Assembly: GCF_036365525.1 (NCBI RefSeq)
Contig: NC_090387.1
Location: 89,321,691-89,385,690, forward strand
DNA from: Heterodontus francisci
Taxonomy: Eukaryota
Reading direction: 5' to 3'
Length of the DNA stretch: 64,000 bases
The notes under the pieces are model-generated. The model saw only the letters and a program-made list of their open reading frames with translations. It was not told the DNA's origin and ran no database searches. The position numbers were made by a program, and so were the translations under genes. Positions 1-14,100 of the stretch are shown here, piece after piece. Position 1 is the first letter of the stretch. Each line of letters starts with the position of its first letter.

Positions 1-1989
1 TGGATGACAAGAGATGTGGAACAGCTAGTCAAGAGGAAGAAGGAAGCTTACTGAAGGTTGAGGAAGCAAGGATCAGACAGGGCGCTAGAGGGTTACAAGG
101 TAGCCAGGAAGGAACTGTAAAATGGACTTAGGAGAGCTCGAAGGGGACATGAAAAAGTCTTGGCGGGTAGGATTAAGGAAAATCCCAAGGCGTTCTACAC
201 ATATGTGAGGAACAAGAGGATGGCCAGAGTGAGAGTAGGGCCGATCAGGGATAGTGGAGGGAACTTGTGCCTGGAGTCGGAGGAGGTCCTAAATGAATAC
301 TTTGCTTTAGTATTCACTAGTGAGAGGGACCTGGTCGTTTGTGAGGACAGCGTGAAACAGGCTGATATGCTCGAACAGTTTGACGTTAAGAGGGAGGATG
401 TGCTGGAAATTGTGAATGACATAAGGACAGATAAGTCCCCAGGGCCAGACGGGATATACCTAAGGATATTACGGGAAGCGAGGGAAGAGATTGCCGCGCC
501 TTTGCTGATGATCTTTGCATCCTCAATGTCCACTGGAGTAGTACTGGATGATTGGAGGGTGGCAAATGTTATTCCATTGTTCAAGAAAGGGAATAGGGAT
601 AACCCTGGGAATTATAGACCAGTCAGTCTTACGTCGGTAGTGGGCAAATTATTGGAGAGGATTCTGAGAGACAGGATTTATGATTATTTGGAAAAGCATA
701 GTTTGACTAGAGACAGCCAGCATGGCTTTGTGAGGGGCAGGTCATGCCTCACAAGCCTTATTGAATTCTTTGAAGATGTGACAAAACACGTTGATGAAGG
801 AAGAGCAGTGGATGTGGTGTATATGGATTTTAGCAAGGCGTTTGATAAGGTTCCCCATGGTAGGCTCATTCAGAACGTAAGGAGGCATGGGATACAGGGA
901 AATGTGGCTGTCTGGATACAGAATTGGCTGGCCCAGAGAAGACAGAGGGTGGTAGTAGATGGAAAGTATTCAGCCTGGAGCTCGGTGATCACTGGTGTTC
1001 CACAGGGAACTGCTCTGGGACCTCTGCTCTTTGTGATTTTTATAAATGACTTGGCTGAGGAAGTGGACGGCTAGGTTAGCAAGTTTGCCGATGACACGAA
1101 GATTGCTGGAGTTCTGGATAGTGTGGAAGGCTGTTGTAGGTTGCAACGGGGTTGACAGGATGCAGAGCTGGGCTGAGAAGTGGCAGATGGAGTTCAACCT
1201 GAAAAAGTGTGAAGTGATTCATTTTGGAAGGTCGAATTTGAATGCAGAATACAGGCTTAAAGACAGGATTCTTGGTAGTGTGGAGGAACAGAGGGATCTT
1301 GGGTTCCATGTCCATAGATCACTCAAAGTTGCCACCCAAGTTGATAGGGTTGTTAAGAAGGCGTATGGTGTGTTGGCTTTCATTAACAGGGGGATTGAGT
1401 TTAAGAGCCGCGAGGTTATGCTGCAGCTCTGTAAAGCCCTGGTTAGACCACACTTGGAATATTGTGTTCAGTTCTGGTCGCCTCATTATAGGAAGGATGT
1501 GGAAGCTTTAGAGAGGGTGCAGAGGAGATTTACCAGGATGCTGCCTGGACTGGAGGGCATGTCCTATGAAGAAAGGTTGAGGGAGCTATGGCTTTTCTCA
1601 TTGGAGCGAAGAAGGATGAGAGGTGACTTGATAGAGGGGTACAAGATGATGAGAGGCATAGATAGAGTGGGTAGCCAGAGACTTTTTCCCAGGGCGGAAA
1701 TGGCTATCACCAGGGGGCATAATTTTAAGGTGATTGGAGGAAGGTTTCGGGGAGATGTCAGAGGTAGTTTCTTTACACAGAGAGTGGTGGGTGCGTGGAA
1801 TGCACTGCCAGCGGTGGTAGTAGAAGCAGATACATTAGGGACAGTTAAGCGTCTCTTGGATAGATACATGGATGATAGTAGAATGAAGGGTATGTAGGTA
1901 GTTTGATCTTAGAGTAGGTTAAAGGTTCGGCACAACTTCGTGGGCCGAAGGGCCTGTACTGTGCTGTACTGTTCTATGTTCTATGTTCT
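1..1989 (+). mobile_element. CR1/HER1-type LINE, 3' part of ORF2 (reverse transcriptase) plus 3' tail; inactivated
   Basis: ORFs 160-1074 and 1046-1897 carry RT motifs (PGPDGI, NYRPVSLTS, QHGF, YMDFSKAFD, GVPQG, then FADD at about 1084-1095). In-frame TAG at 1072-1074 and a frameshift near 1150. Ends in GGGCCGAAGGGCCTGT...(TTCTATG)n. Runs off the window start. Confidence 0.95.
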
Positions 1990-1994
1990 TTGTT

Positions 1995-3770
1995 CTATTT
2001 GCCCAACATCTAGTTTAAGCTGATAGGCCTGTAACTACTTACTCGAACAGTTTCTCACAGTGGGACCATATTTGCAGTAATCTAGTCCTCTGGCACCAGG
2101 CCTGTAACAAGAGAGGTTGTACAATGGTGGTCGGAACCTCTGCTATTTCTTTCCTCCTTTCCCTTAGCGGCCTCAGGTACGTTTCATCCATGCCTAGCGA
2201 TTTATCCACTTTCAATAATGCTAAACCCGTGAAGAATTATTCTTTTGCTATGTTTATTCCACTCAACGTTTCACGCGTTTCCTCCTTAACTACAATGTCC
2301 TCATCGCCTTCCTACTTTTTTGAGGGCTGACGCAATTCATTAATAGGCATGCCCAGGTCTTCCACGTCCATACACAGGTTATCGTTTTAGGTGTAAGGGC
2401 TGCTCGTTCCTTCGTAATCCTTTTACTCTTTTTGCATTCATAAAACAGTTTTAGAATTTGCTTAATTTTGCTTGCTAATATTTTGGTTTACTAATGTCTT
2501 TGTTTTTAAATTTCACCCCTGCACTATTTATGCCCGTCTTCGCTTTGCGCAGTATTGAGCTCTTGGTATCTGACATAAGCTTGCCTTTTTCTGCCTTATG
2601 CTACGTAGCATTCTCCTTGGTATTCAAGACAGTCTACATTTGAGAGTCTGATCTTTCTTGTTTGTTGGAAAATATTTACTCTGAACCCTCATTATCACCC
2701 CTTTTAATGCCTCCCACTGCTCTGTCACTGATTTAACTTAAGTACCTGCTTCCCGTTCTGCTATGTACCATCCCAGATTATTAAATTAACCTTCTCCAAA
2801 GTGAGAAATTTTATTTCTAGTCTATTGTTTGTCCGTTTCCGTAACTGTGACGAACTACATCAAATCTAACTGAGTTATGATTTCTGCTGCCAAAATATTC
2901 TTTTAGTATTACTCTTCCGTATAGCTAGGTTCATTCCCTAAAACTAGGCTGGGAAGTGTCCCAGACCTCATTGGGTTTGCTACATATCGGCTAAGTTCCA
3001 ATGAATACAATTCTGTTTTGTGTCGTCTCCTTCGTACTTCAGCATTTAAAGTCCAAGTATCATCCATCCTAAATCTGGTGTCCAGAATCAGACACAATAC
3101 TCTAATTGAGCTCTAACCAACAATACGTAAACATTTTGGAATACGTCCTTTATTTTTTTACTCTATTTCTTTATTCCTAACGCCAAGGATTCGGTCTGCT
3201 TTTTAGCCAAAATATCAACTTTCCTTCCGCTTCCACTGGACTGGTTCGCCAGATTTGGCTGCTCCTCTACCCCTTTTAAAATGTTACGTCTCTCCATTCA
3301 TCCTCCCAAATTGAATCAATTTATGCTTCTCTGCATTAAACATCTTCTTTTATGTGCCTGCTTATTTGTGCATTCTGTCTATGTCCGTCTGTTCACTCCC
3401 ATTAAAGTCCACACTCTTTGCTACATTTCAAAGTGTTGCATCAATTGCAAGCTTTGAAATTGTGTCACCTATACCCAAGACAGGTCATGAATATATATAA
3501 TATATGTAAACACAAAAGAGGAGCAGTCCGATTCCGAACATTGCGGGACAACATTATACATTTTCCCTCCCAAATCTGAAAAGGATGGCTCACCAGTGTT
3601 CTCTGCTTTCTATCTCTTAAACAATTTAGCACCAATGCCACCACTACCTCTTTACTCCCATAGTTTTCAATGCTGTTAGCGAGTTTAACATATGGCATTT
3701 ATCAATCTGTTTTTGAACGTTCATGTACACAGCATTAGTTGCACTACCACCATCTACCCTCTCATTGGAA
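1995..3770 (-). mobile_element. Older, heavily degraded CR1 LINE fragments
   Basis: Reverse-strand remnants resembling CR1 ORF2 (LVLGNEP-like at about 2930-2950, NCLRDRKQR-like at about 3600-3630), with no long ORF. Confidence 0.6.
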
Positions 3771-5608
3771 TGATTTGAATGTCATCATATCCCAGCTACT
3801 TTCTGGAACTTGCTGTATTAAAGAAAACACATGCTAAAGTTGTGCTCTTGTGTCGCTTGAAAACTGTTGGATAAACTTTATAAAATTGACACGAATACAG
3901 AGAAAATCAATGTGATGGGTGAACGCTCACAGCTGGAAACATATAGACCGAGAGCAGTGGATTCAGGAAAAGCATGCAAAAGACATTACCTTTGAAGCTT
4001 TTCTGCACATCCAAAATAATCTTGACTAAAATAATTTGCCATAGATGAGATGACGTAGAGATAGTGAAGGAAAATGCATTGTTTAGATGTTAATAGTTCT
4101 TTGTTCTGAAGAGCTTGTCAGTGGGAATTGATATCTGACTGAAATAAATTGTGCCAGTTCATATTTTTGCGAGCATCGACATTTATGCAAGCATTTATTT
4201 TTATGGATTAAAGATACAGGCGGTGCATAGATTTTATACTACGAAGGAAAAATATCTCAAAACCTATCCTAAATCCTTAGATTTAGCCTTCATAATTCCG
4301 TTATACATGTATTTCCAAATATTTAAGAATTGCCAACCAATAACCTGTCTTCTTTCCTGCTTCTTGCGACGCTATATTTTCGATAACATGATATTAAAAT
4401 GAGCAGGATTAGCAGTGCTATAGAAGACCGGCTGGGAGGAAACGTTCATTGCCACTAAATTAAGTCATCCACAACAATATCAGCCGCCGTATCTAAACCA
4501 GAACATGCATCCCGGGAGTTAAGTAATCTTTGCCCTTTAGACAATTTCGCAGAAATAACCTTCCCTTGACGTGCAAAACAAAATTGCTTTTGCAATTGCG
4601 GGATAGGTCGTATGCGTTAAACGGCATAGAAAACTTAGTTTGAATACTTGCAAGATTGGCAGCTGCTACGTAAATTGCAAATGCTTTCTAAAATACTTGA
4701 GTTGCAGCATCGCTGGAAACAATATGTGGTCACATTTCTCTGCTGAGTTTCAGATGTGTTAATATGTGGTGGCCTAACGGAAATCATCTCCACAAATATA
4801 CAATACTCGAGAGCACATAGCCCATATCTTTATGTTGCTGGCAAAAGTTCTGCCTCCAGTACTGGTGCCCGGCAATGGACGAATGGAACGTTTAATTTAT
4901 GTATCTCGAAACCGAGAAGTTGTTTGTCATTCAAACACTAAGACGAGCACGGCTTATAAATAGATCAGAAATAAAATGTCACCTTCGCTGAAATGACAGA
5001 TGCTTCCTGGTGAATGACTACGGACCAAGCTTTCACAGTTTGGAGCGGATAAACAGAGACCAGACTTGAACTTTTTCACTATTGTGTTTATAATGCTTCA
5101 TATTGTGTTAACTGGCTCAACGGAATGTTTAAACCCTAATCCAAAACATTCTTTATCGGAGACGACATTGCAAAGAATTTCAAAAGCAATCATAGACAAG
5201 CTGCTATCATTAAAAGATACATTTTGGTTGTTGGAAATGACGAGGTTTTTTTTGTCATGCAACTAATGGTTCAGCTCTGGAATGCAGTGCCTGGGCGTGT
5301 GGTGGAGGCGCGTTCAATTGCTGCATTCGAAAAAAAAGGTTTGTAAATAGAGAAATATATGTATATATATATTTCATTTGTGTGTATATGCTCAAGTATA
5401 TATATACACACGCAAACGAAATATGTTAGGACTTCATAAATCGCTGGTTAAGATTCAGATGGAAAATTGTGCCAATTCTCGGCAGTGCACTTTTATCAAA
5501 ATGGTCATATCCTTAATGGGGTGTACAGAAGTTTTACTAGGATGTTACTATAGACGAATGATCGTTTGGTAATAGAGAACTTGAGTATTGCTGAAAATAG
5601 GGACATGT

Positions 5609-6360
5609 TGTCAAATCATTTCATCTTGCACTAATCAGGACAATCCACAAGAATACCAATGCAAGGGAAAGCAACAACTTTATACTGTATGAGAAGAGAG
5701 TTGTTTGGCAAGTGAACTCTGGTTGGTCGAGACATGTAGAATGCTCCATTTTATGGTGATTAACAGTTAACTGCCAAACTGTGTCTGAAATTCAAATCTG
5801 GCAGCTTGACTCTTATTGGTCAAGATATTGCCCTGAGAAATGAACCAGTGAATGGCTGTCACTTATGTTCTTTCGCTGAAGCAGGTGCAATGCGTCTACA
5901 TGTTCTTACTCTCTAGCTTATCAAACAACATGATGTCACTTCCGCTGTTTGCAATGGACAAGGCATAGGCCGTACCCAACCAGTCCATGCTTCCAAAACT
6001 CAAAACATAGTGTCCAACATTAGATGTGATTCTGTGTTTGGACAAAATTCGGTAAATAATCCTCAGTGTGCTAAGAATTAAGCTGACAACCAATTGAAGA
6101 TTGTCATTAGGGCACGCAGTGTCGTCGTTTGTATGTATTGGAAGCTACATATATTAATACAGAGGGCCCTGTCGTTTGCAGCCAGAAAGAACATGTACAC
6201 ACATTGCGCCTGTTTCAGCTAAACAAAATCATTGACAGCCATTCGTTGGTTCATTCCTCAGGGCAATACCTTGACCAATGAGTGTCAAGTTGCCTGGTTT
6301 GAATTTCAAACAAAACCTGACAGTTAACTGACATAAACTGGTCATTTTCAATGGCAATTA
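5609..6360. mobile_element. Penelope-like element (family B) 3' region as a partial inverted repeat
   Basis: About 5940-6360 (+) encodes a GIY-YIG C-terminal-like remnant (LEATYINTEGPVVCSQKEHVHTLRLF) followed by a 3' UTR. About 5609-5925 is the same UTR on the minus strand. The same family occurs at about 45390-45760. Confidence 0.65.
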
Positions 6361-6364
6361 GAGT

Positions 6365-7510
6365 AATTTTCTATTATATTTTATCCAGTGTCTGTTAAAG
6401 CAAAAAAACAAGTTTGTACAGGGGTGTCCTTATACAACTCTGGAAGTAGTAAGGTGCTAAGCACTGTTCCGATACGCAAGTTGGTGTCATTCTGTTCTAT
6501 GGACCCAGTTACGAATATTATCATCAGCGTAAATATCAGACTGTATTCCGGGTGCAATATCTCATGGTGTTTTGATGTATCCTAGTGGTTCTTATAACTC
6601 GTCACAACCTCGGCGAACGATTGCCAACGAAAAATATATAATTACACATGCGGTTTTGTTTTACAACCTACATTTTTTCACCAACATTACATGGCCTTAA
6701 ATTAAAAAGTTCATAACAGAAGGAAATTAAGTATAAAAGCGAAAACGTAAATTATTTCTACAATCTTCGTTGTGTAAATGTAATTGTTCTGTCTGCTTCG
6801 ATATTGGTTATAATCTATTCGAAATGATTTTCTAGAATTGGGCAAGACTGTCGCGTGAGTTTGTTGAAATGTTGCATGATTCCAGTAATAGTTTAATTTA
6901 AAATAGTAATGATTAGCGGATAATCTAATCTGTATGCCGGTAGCGGGAATGCACGTGTTGTGAATGCTCAAATACCTTGCTAATGTTACCAACTGTGCTG
7001 TGTCGACTCATAAAAAAACAAACTCTAGTCAATATACGCAATACAGGAAACGATGCGTAGAGTTACAGCTGTCATTGTGTAAAGTCTTTTGGAAGCATCG
7101 TTTAGTTAACTATCAAACTTCATTTTGAATATTGATGGAAATGATACTTATACACGGTGAAACTGAATACAAAGATCAGTAAACTAAAATAATATTGATT
7201 TGTTTCTTTTCCACAGGCACATTTCCTTAAGAATTGCTAAATACTGTTACAAAAAAAAGCTACTTCCTGTTTCAAGCTTTGCAAAATAGTATTCACTTTT
7301 GCCGTGATATGACACAATATGGAACTCCATGAAATATACTCATTTCATTATTAATTCGGAAATAGAAGAACAAACCTTAGTTCAAGAAGCTAAATGTATA
7401 GGACATTTAAAGTGGAGAACGTCAGTGCTTCTTTTGACTTCTGTAGTAATATCAGCAACTAACGATCCTAGTTGAACTTTTGAGGAGGGACCCAATTTTG
7501 TAGAAAAAGC
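6365..7510 (+). repeat. Copy 1 of an approximately 1.1 kb inverted duplication
   Basis: Its reverse complement aligns by eye with 27062-27690 and 23770-24300. For example, the ORF-track peptides at 6711-6992(-) and 27067-27252(+) are homologous. Confidence 0.85.
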
Positions 7511-7549
7511 GAGTGTTCTGGCTCTTAAAAAGAGGAATCATGCTTTATA

Positions 7550-8185
7550 TCAAATGGCTAGATATTCTTGACGCTAATAATTTCCTCATCCTCAAAGCCT
7601 ATCCTTCCACAAAATTTTCAGGTCGAGTAATCCCGATTCTGGAAATTAACTGAGTGAAAACTGTCTCTTCATCTTTCTTTTAGATATTCTGTCGACGATT
7701 TGGAATCTATGCCCTTTACTTGTTGAACCATTCATCAAAGGAAGACTTTTCCTCGATCTACATGATCAAAATCTCCCAACATCTTGAATACCTCTACTAA
7801 GTCACCAGTCAACCTTCTCTGCACCAAGGTTAAGAGTCGTAACTTGTCCACCTTCTCCTCGAAACTGAAGTAATTGTAATACAATATAGGGTTAACAAAC
7901 AGAGATGTGGCATAAAGCATGATGGCTCTTTATATATATATATATATATATGGGCGTCGCCGGCTACGACGGCATTTACTGCCTATCCCTAATTGTCCTT
8001 GAGAAGGTGGTGGGGTGCCGCCTTCCTGAACCGCTGGAGTCTGTGGGTCAGGTTCGCCCACAGTGCTGTTAGGAAGAGAGTTCCAAGACATTGACCCAGT
8101 GACCGTGAAGGAATGGCCAATTAGGGATGGGCAAAAAATGTTGGCCGACCTGCGATGCCTGCATACCATGAACCAAAATAAAAAC
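7550..8185. mobile_element. Short LINE 3' fragments (CR1 and LINE family B tails) with a (TA)n microsatellite at about 7930-7951
   Basis: Minus-strand QRRLTGDLVEVFKML (CR1 ORF2 end) and a GGGCAATTAGGGAT tail motif shared with 31500, 59270 and 61470. Confidence 0.7.
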
Positions 8186-8189
8186 AAAA

Positions 8190-11100
8190 ACTCAACTTGT
8201 CGATTATAGGAAATGGCCCTTGCCTTTTTAGATCAAACACATTTTCTTTCTTATTGTAGCTGAGTTCATATGGTCTTACTTTTGCATGAAAATACTTTTT
8301 GATTCTCTTTTTTCGAAACTTCCAAGATCTTTGCCACATACTCATTTTGTATTGTTGTTTGTTCTCCCATTTGTTTCACTCATTTGAAACTGCATTGTTC
8401 CTGTGTTGCAAGACCTTTTACTGTCAGTGTTAAATAACTCAGCGTTCACATGAGTCTCGCTGTCTTGCCTGATAAGGAGAAACTCCTGTGTTTCTGTGAA
8501 GGGTTGATCTTATGGCCATGAGGATAATGGTAATGTTAGCCTATTGAGTGGGGTGGTCTGCACATACCTTTTGCAACATCGTTTTTCAAGTTCTGACCCC
8601 TCTTTCCAATACCCAAGAAGACTGTGGGTGGTGACTGATGTGAGATTTGTGTTTACTCCCCAATATCTTTCGCATTTGGATAAAATAAATCACATGCAAA
8701 ATGTGAGCTTTAGTCAGTTCCCACTTGTACTGGTAGTTCCAACTACGGATTACTTCACTCAATAAAAGCTTTGCAGCCATGAGTGCATTATTACTCTGCA
8801 GAAAAAAGCTTCAATCCACTTGGTAAATTGATCTATTACAACTCGTGTATGTTCATAGTAGCTTGCGTTTTTTTGGCAAAGGCCCAATGAAATCAATTTG
8901 TAAATGGGTCCATGGTCCTATAGCCTGTGGTGCACTTTTCAAACGGCTCTGTTGGAACACACAGGAGGATTCTGTCGAAGGTGTGGCAACGTGATACCTG
9001 AAGGTTGACTGCATCCCGTACGTCTAGCCATCATGATGGATCAGCAATTTTCTGATGCGTGACATCAGCCGAAAAGTGGCCACCTATTGTATATGAGTGA
9101 AATAGGTAAAGCAGTTCTAGTCCCACTTCAGGAGAAACACAAAGGGTAGGGGTTGTGTCTTTAGTTTTGATCATCGGTAGCACATCTGCATTTGATACTT
9201 GGACAGAATGTTGTTTGCAACCCAAGAGGATGGTTGTGGGATTGGCCAATCTTGTTTGTGCCATTCAATAACAACGGCATTAGGTTCATAATGCTGCTGC
9301 AGAGTGCTTAAATCTATCGAATCGTTCACTGTTTGCGGATGCTTCAGCACATTCGTTTGTAGTTTATATAGTTTTCCGGATACTACAGCTTCTTGGACTA
9401 TTTTGCCAGCTTTTGCATCACTTTGACTATGGGCTTATCCTGGTTAATGTAACAGGGTTGACTACGATTGTTGAGAGCTGTCCATATTACCCACAAAGAA
9501 CCATGAACTATGTACAGTATTTATTTTCTGATATAAGGGATGATCTAACACAGCACTGAAAGTATAGGCGCTGTCAGACCAAATGTTTACAGTTTGATTA
9601 GAAGTTTATTTGATGGCTATTAAGAGGAAAACTATTTCAGCACTTTGGGAACAGCGTTTAGCACGTCGTCATTTAATGGCTCTTACTGGTACGAGTAAAG
9701 CATAGTCTGTATGTGGCAAACCTTAAATGTGATAACAGAACTATCCACAGACACATCTGGAGCATCCTCGATACGTTCTATCATGACTGGATGTGATTCA
9801 TCAATCAAAAGGTCGTGGATACTTATGTGAATCTCCCTCATAACCCCCCAAAATAAAATAATAATGTTGTCTTTTCTGCTGTAATATCAATATCTCTGTT
9901 TAATAATTCTAAAGTCCACTTGTTTAACCGTTATGATGAAAATAAACAATTTCCAGGTTTCATTAATAAATTTAGTGGGAGTGTGCTGAGTGCAAGATAA
10001 TACGCTGCAAGCCTGTAATGTTTGCAACATATTGTATCGCCCAAAGTGCAGCTAGTACATGACCTTCACATGTTGAGTATGTATTCTCCGCCGCCGGTTG
10101 GATGTGTGATGCAGACGCAAATTTTGCAGCTTTCCGTCATGTTCCTGGCAAAGTACAGCAGTTAGATTTTGTTCTGCAGAAGCAACCTCGAGATGAAAAG
10201 GCAAAGCAGAATCAGTTACAATCAGACTAACAGCTTTCATGATTGCCTTTTTAAAGGTTTGTTACAGCTTCAATGTGGTACTCTTTCCAATCAGGCTCAA
10301 TATTGTGATTTTTAGAGAGACTTTGCCATTTCAGCAAAATTCTGAATAAAGTTTCTCTGATAACTGATAAGACTCAAAAGTGATCGCGGAGTAGTTTGAG
10401 TTCTGGGGAAAGGCAGTCTCTGAATGGCCCTATTTTATGAGAGTCAGGACTTAGAACATAGAACATAGAACATAGTACAGTACAGCACAGTACAGGCCCT
10501 TCGGCCCACGATGTTGTGCCGAACCTTTAGCCTACTCTAAGATCAAACTAACTACCTACCCTTCATTCTACTATCATCCATATACCTATCCAAGTGTCGC
10601 TTAAATACCCCTAATCTATCTGCTTCTACTAACACCGCTGGAAGCGCATTCCACGCACCCACCACTCTCTGTGTAAAGAACCTACCGCTGACATCTCCCC
10701 AAAACCTTCTTCCAATCACCTTAAAATTATGCCCTCTGCTGATAGCCCTTTCCACCCTGGGAAAACGTCTCTGGCTATCCACTCTACCTATGCCTCTCAT
10801 CATCTTGTACCCCTCTATCAAGTCACCTCTCATCCTTCTTTGCTCCAATGAGAAAAGCCCTAGCTCCCTCAATCGTTCTTCGTAGGACATGCCCTCTAGT
10901 CCAGGCAGCATCCTGGTAAATCTCCTCTGCACCCTCTCCACATCCTTCCTATAATGAGGCGACCAGAACTGAACACAATATTCCAAGTGTGGTCGAACCA
11001 GGACCTTATAGAGCTGCAGCATAACCTCGCGGCTCTTAAACTCAATCCCCCTGTTAATGAAAGCCAACAACCATACGCCTTCTTAACAACCCTATCAACT

Positions 11101-14100
11101 TGGGTGGCAACTTTGAGCGATCTATGGACATGGACCCCAAGATCCCTCTGTTCCTCCACACTACCAAGAATCCTGTCTTTAAGCCTGTATCCTGTATTCA
11201 TATTCGACCTTCCAAAATGAATCACTTCACACTTTTCCAGGTTGAACTCCATCTGCCACTTCTCAGCCCAGCTCTGCATCCTGTCAATGTCCCGTTGCAA
11301 CCTACAGCAGCCTTCCACACTATCCACAACTCCAGCAACCTTCGTGTCATCGGCAAACTTGCTAACCTAGCCTTCCACCTCCTCATCCAAGTCATTTATA
11401 AAAATCACAAAGAGCAGAGGTCCCAGACAGATCCTTGTGGAACACCACTGGTCACAAAGCTCCATGCTGAATACTTTCCATCTACTACCACCCTCTGACT
11501 TCTATGGGCCAGCCAATTTTGTATCCAGACAGCCAACTTTCCCTGAATCCCATGCCTCCTTACTTTCTGAATGAGCCTACCATGGGGAACCTTATCAAAC
11601 GCCTTGCTAAAATCCATATACACCACATCCACTGCTCTTCCTTCATCAACGTGTTTTGTCACATCTTCAAAGAATTCAATAAGGCTTGTGAGGCATGACC
11701 TGCCCCTCACAAAGCCATGCTGACTGTCTCTAATCAAACCATGCTTTTCCAAATAATCATAAATCCTGTCTCTCAGAATCCTCTCCAATAATTTGCCCAC
11801 TACCGACGTCAGATTGACTGGTCTATAATTCCCAGGGTTATCCCTATTCCCTTTCTTGAACAAGGGAACAACATTTGCCACCCTCCAATCATCCGGTACT
11901 ACTCCAGTGGACAGTGAAAACGCAAAGATCATCGCCAAAGGCGCGGCAATCTCTTCCCTCGCTTCCCGTAATATCCTTGGGTATATCCCGTCTGGCCGCG
12001 TTGACTTATCTGTCCTCATGTCATTCAAAATTTCCCGCACATCCTCCCTCTTAACCTCAACCTGTTCGAGCATATCAGCCTGTTCCACGCAGTCCTCACA
12101 AACGACCAGGTCCCTCTCACTAGTGAATACTGAAGCAAAGTATTCATTTAGGACCTCCCCTACCTCCTCCAACTCCAGGCACAAGTTCCCTCCACTATCC
12201 CTGATCGGCCCTACCCTCACTCTGGCCATCCTCTTGTTCCTCACATAAGTGTAGAACGCCTTGGGATTTTCCTTAATCCTACCCGCCAAGACTTTTTCAT
12301 GTCCACTTCTAGCTCTCCGAAGTCCATTCTTCAGTTCCTTCCTGGCTATTTTGTAACCCTCGAGAGCCCTGTCTGATCCTTGCTTCCTCAACCTTAAGTA
12401 AGCTTCCTTCTTCCTCTTGACTAGCTGTTCCACATCTCTTGTCATCCAAGGTTCCTTCACCCTACCATCCCTTCCCTGTCTCATCGGGACAAACCTTGTG
12501 ACTTGTTCCTTGTGAAGTGATTGCAACTCCCAGGTACGTCACTTCTCCAATTAAGCTATTCGTGGATTAACTTTTAAACCTGCTTGTGTCAGGATTGTTA
12601 GCAGTTCATCTAATGAAGACACATATTCGTTCACAGTTGTAGTTGCTAAAAGGATGCTGTCTACATATTTCAACGTGCGTTCAGGTTCAGAAAAGTGTTT
12701 TTTTAATTCTACCATCAGCGTGTGAAGTATTGTAGGGCTATTGTGAAATCCTTGTTGCAGACAAGTCCAAGTGTAACTATGAACTTCAAATGTAAAAGCA
12801 AATTTGTACTAATCTTCCTTTCTAGCAGGCATACTCCAAAATCCATTAGAAATATCTACTGTAGAAAAACACTTAGAACCAACTGGAGTTGGCGAGAGAG
12901 GGGTGGGTGTTTCTCGCTCAACAGGAGAACAGGCTGGTGTTTCAGAATTCAGTTTCCGATAATCAGTAGTTAACCTTCAATTACCATTACGTTCTTTACA
13001 AGGCAAATTGGTGAATTTGTAGCAAATGTGCCTTGCCTTACAACGTCTTGTTTACAAGTGATTGAATTATTTCTCTAAGGTAGGGATAACTTTCTTCAGG
13101 AATTTGATTTTTTTTTTCCAAAGGAGTGAGGAGGTATGTTGATAGACACCTCCCCTTCCATTCACGCACATTCATGTTTGTTAGTAGCAAAGACAGCAGG
13201 GTGTTGGTGAATTTACTGTTGTACTCGAGCATTCTCATGTTCAGGGGGATCATATAAAGACGTTTTTTTTATTGCAAAAACAGAATGAGTATCTAAAACT
13301 ATCACCGTTTTCTTATTCCCAGCGCTTAAGCAAAGACAGTTATTGTAGTGGTTAATAATGGCACCATACTGGTCGAGTGAATCAGTTCCTATTATTCAAT
13401 CTTTCAATGGCAAATTCATATACAGTGGTGAGTTAAGCGTCCAGAAGAAGCTTCCCAACTGAAGTTCGGAAGCTTTCCCTTCAAATACAACTTTTTTTGA
13501 AACCTTCATAAACTTTCAATGGAGCACAGCCCTTGTCCATCTTCGCATAGCGTTCAGGGTGAATGATTGTGACAGGTGAACCTGTGTCAAGTAACAAGTT
13601 CTGTTGCCCCACCCCTCCCCCCCCCACTCCCCCAAAAAAGAACAGCAATGACTGGTCTACTGTCACAATCATGTCGGAACCCCAATACCGAACATTCGGA
13701 GGCGGCCTGACTCCTTCATCGGTAACCTGTCTGCGTTCCCTTTGTTGCGAGGCCACTTGGTCTAGATTTGCCCTCTACACGTCCATTAACAAATCGTTCT
13801 TTGAAAATAGATAGAACCATATTAGACATTCCTTTGCTGAGCTCTTGTTTAATTCCATTTTCCATTTTACGCACCATCAAATTGGTAAATGTTTGTTTTG
13901 GTAAATCTTGCTGTGCGGCATTTTGTGTGTTTTGCTAATTATGGTGAGGTCACTTCCAATTACTTGGGAAAGGCGGATTGGAGGATGGTTTATTTCTCCA
14001 ATTTTGTGCAGAATGAACTATTTTACCACAATGGAAACAAGATATGCTGGGTACTTTCTGCCAACGTTGACGTTGGGGCTGATTTCCAACACTTCAACTA

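Noticed and set aside
3990-4138. Minus-strand segment with a good acceptor and donor, resembling a TM exon
   Set aside because: There are stops in the phase-compatible frame, the hydrophobic stretch is broken, and no matching upstream Ig exons are present in the window.
4950-5115. TATA box, ETS-like site and hydrophobic leader-like peptide LNFFTIVFIMLHIVLTG
   Set aside because: It starts with TTG, has no GT donor at the expected position, and no intact downstream exon was found.
7217-7510. Apparent pseudo-VJ exon ending in F*GGTQ (a J-like FGGGT motif)
   Set aside because: The inverted paralogue shows this motif is the CR1 RT remnant LIxFFEEV read in another frame, and the canonical Cys and Trp are not conserved between the two copies.
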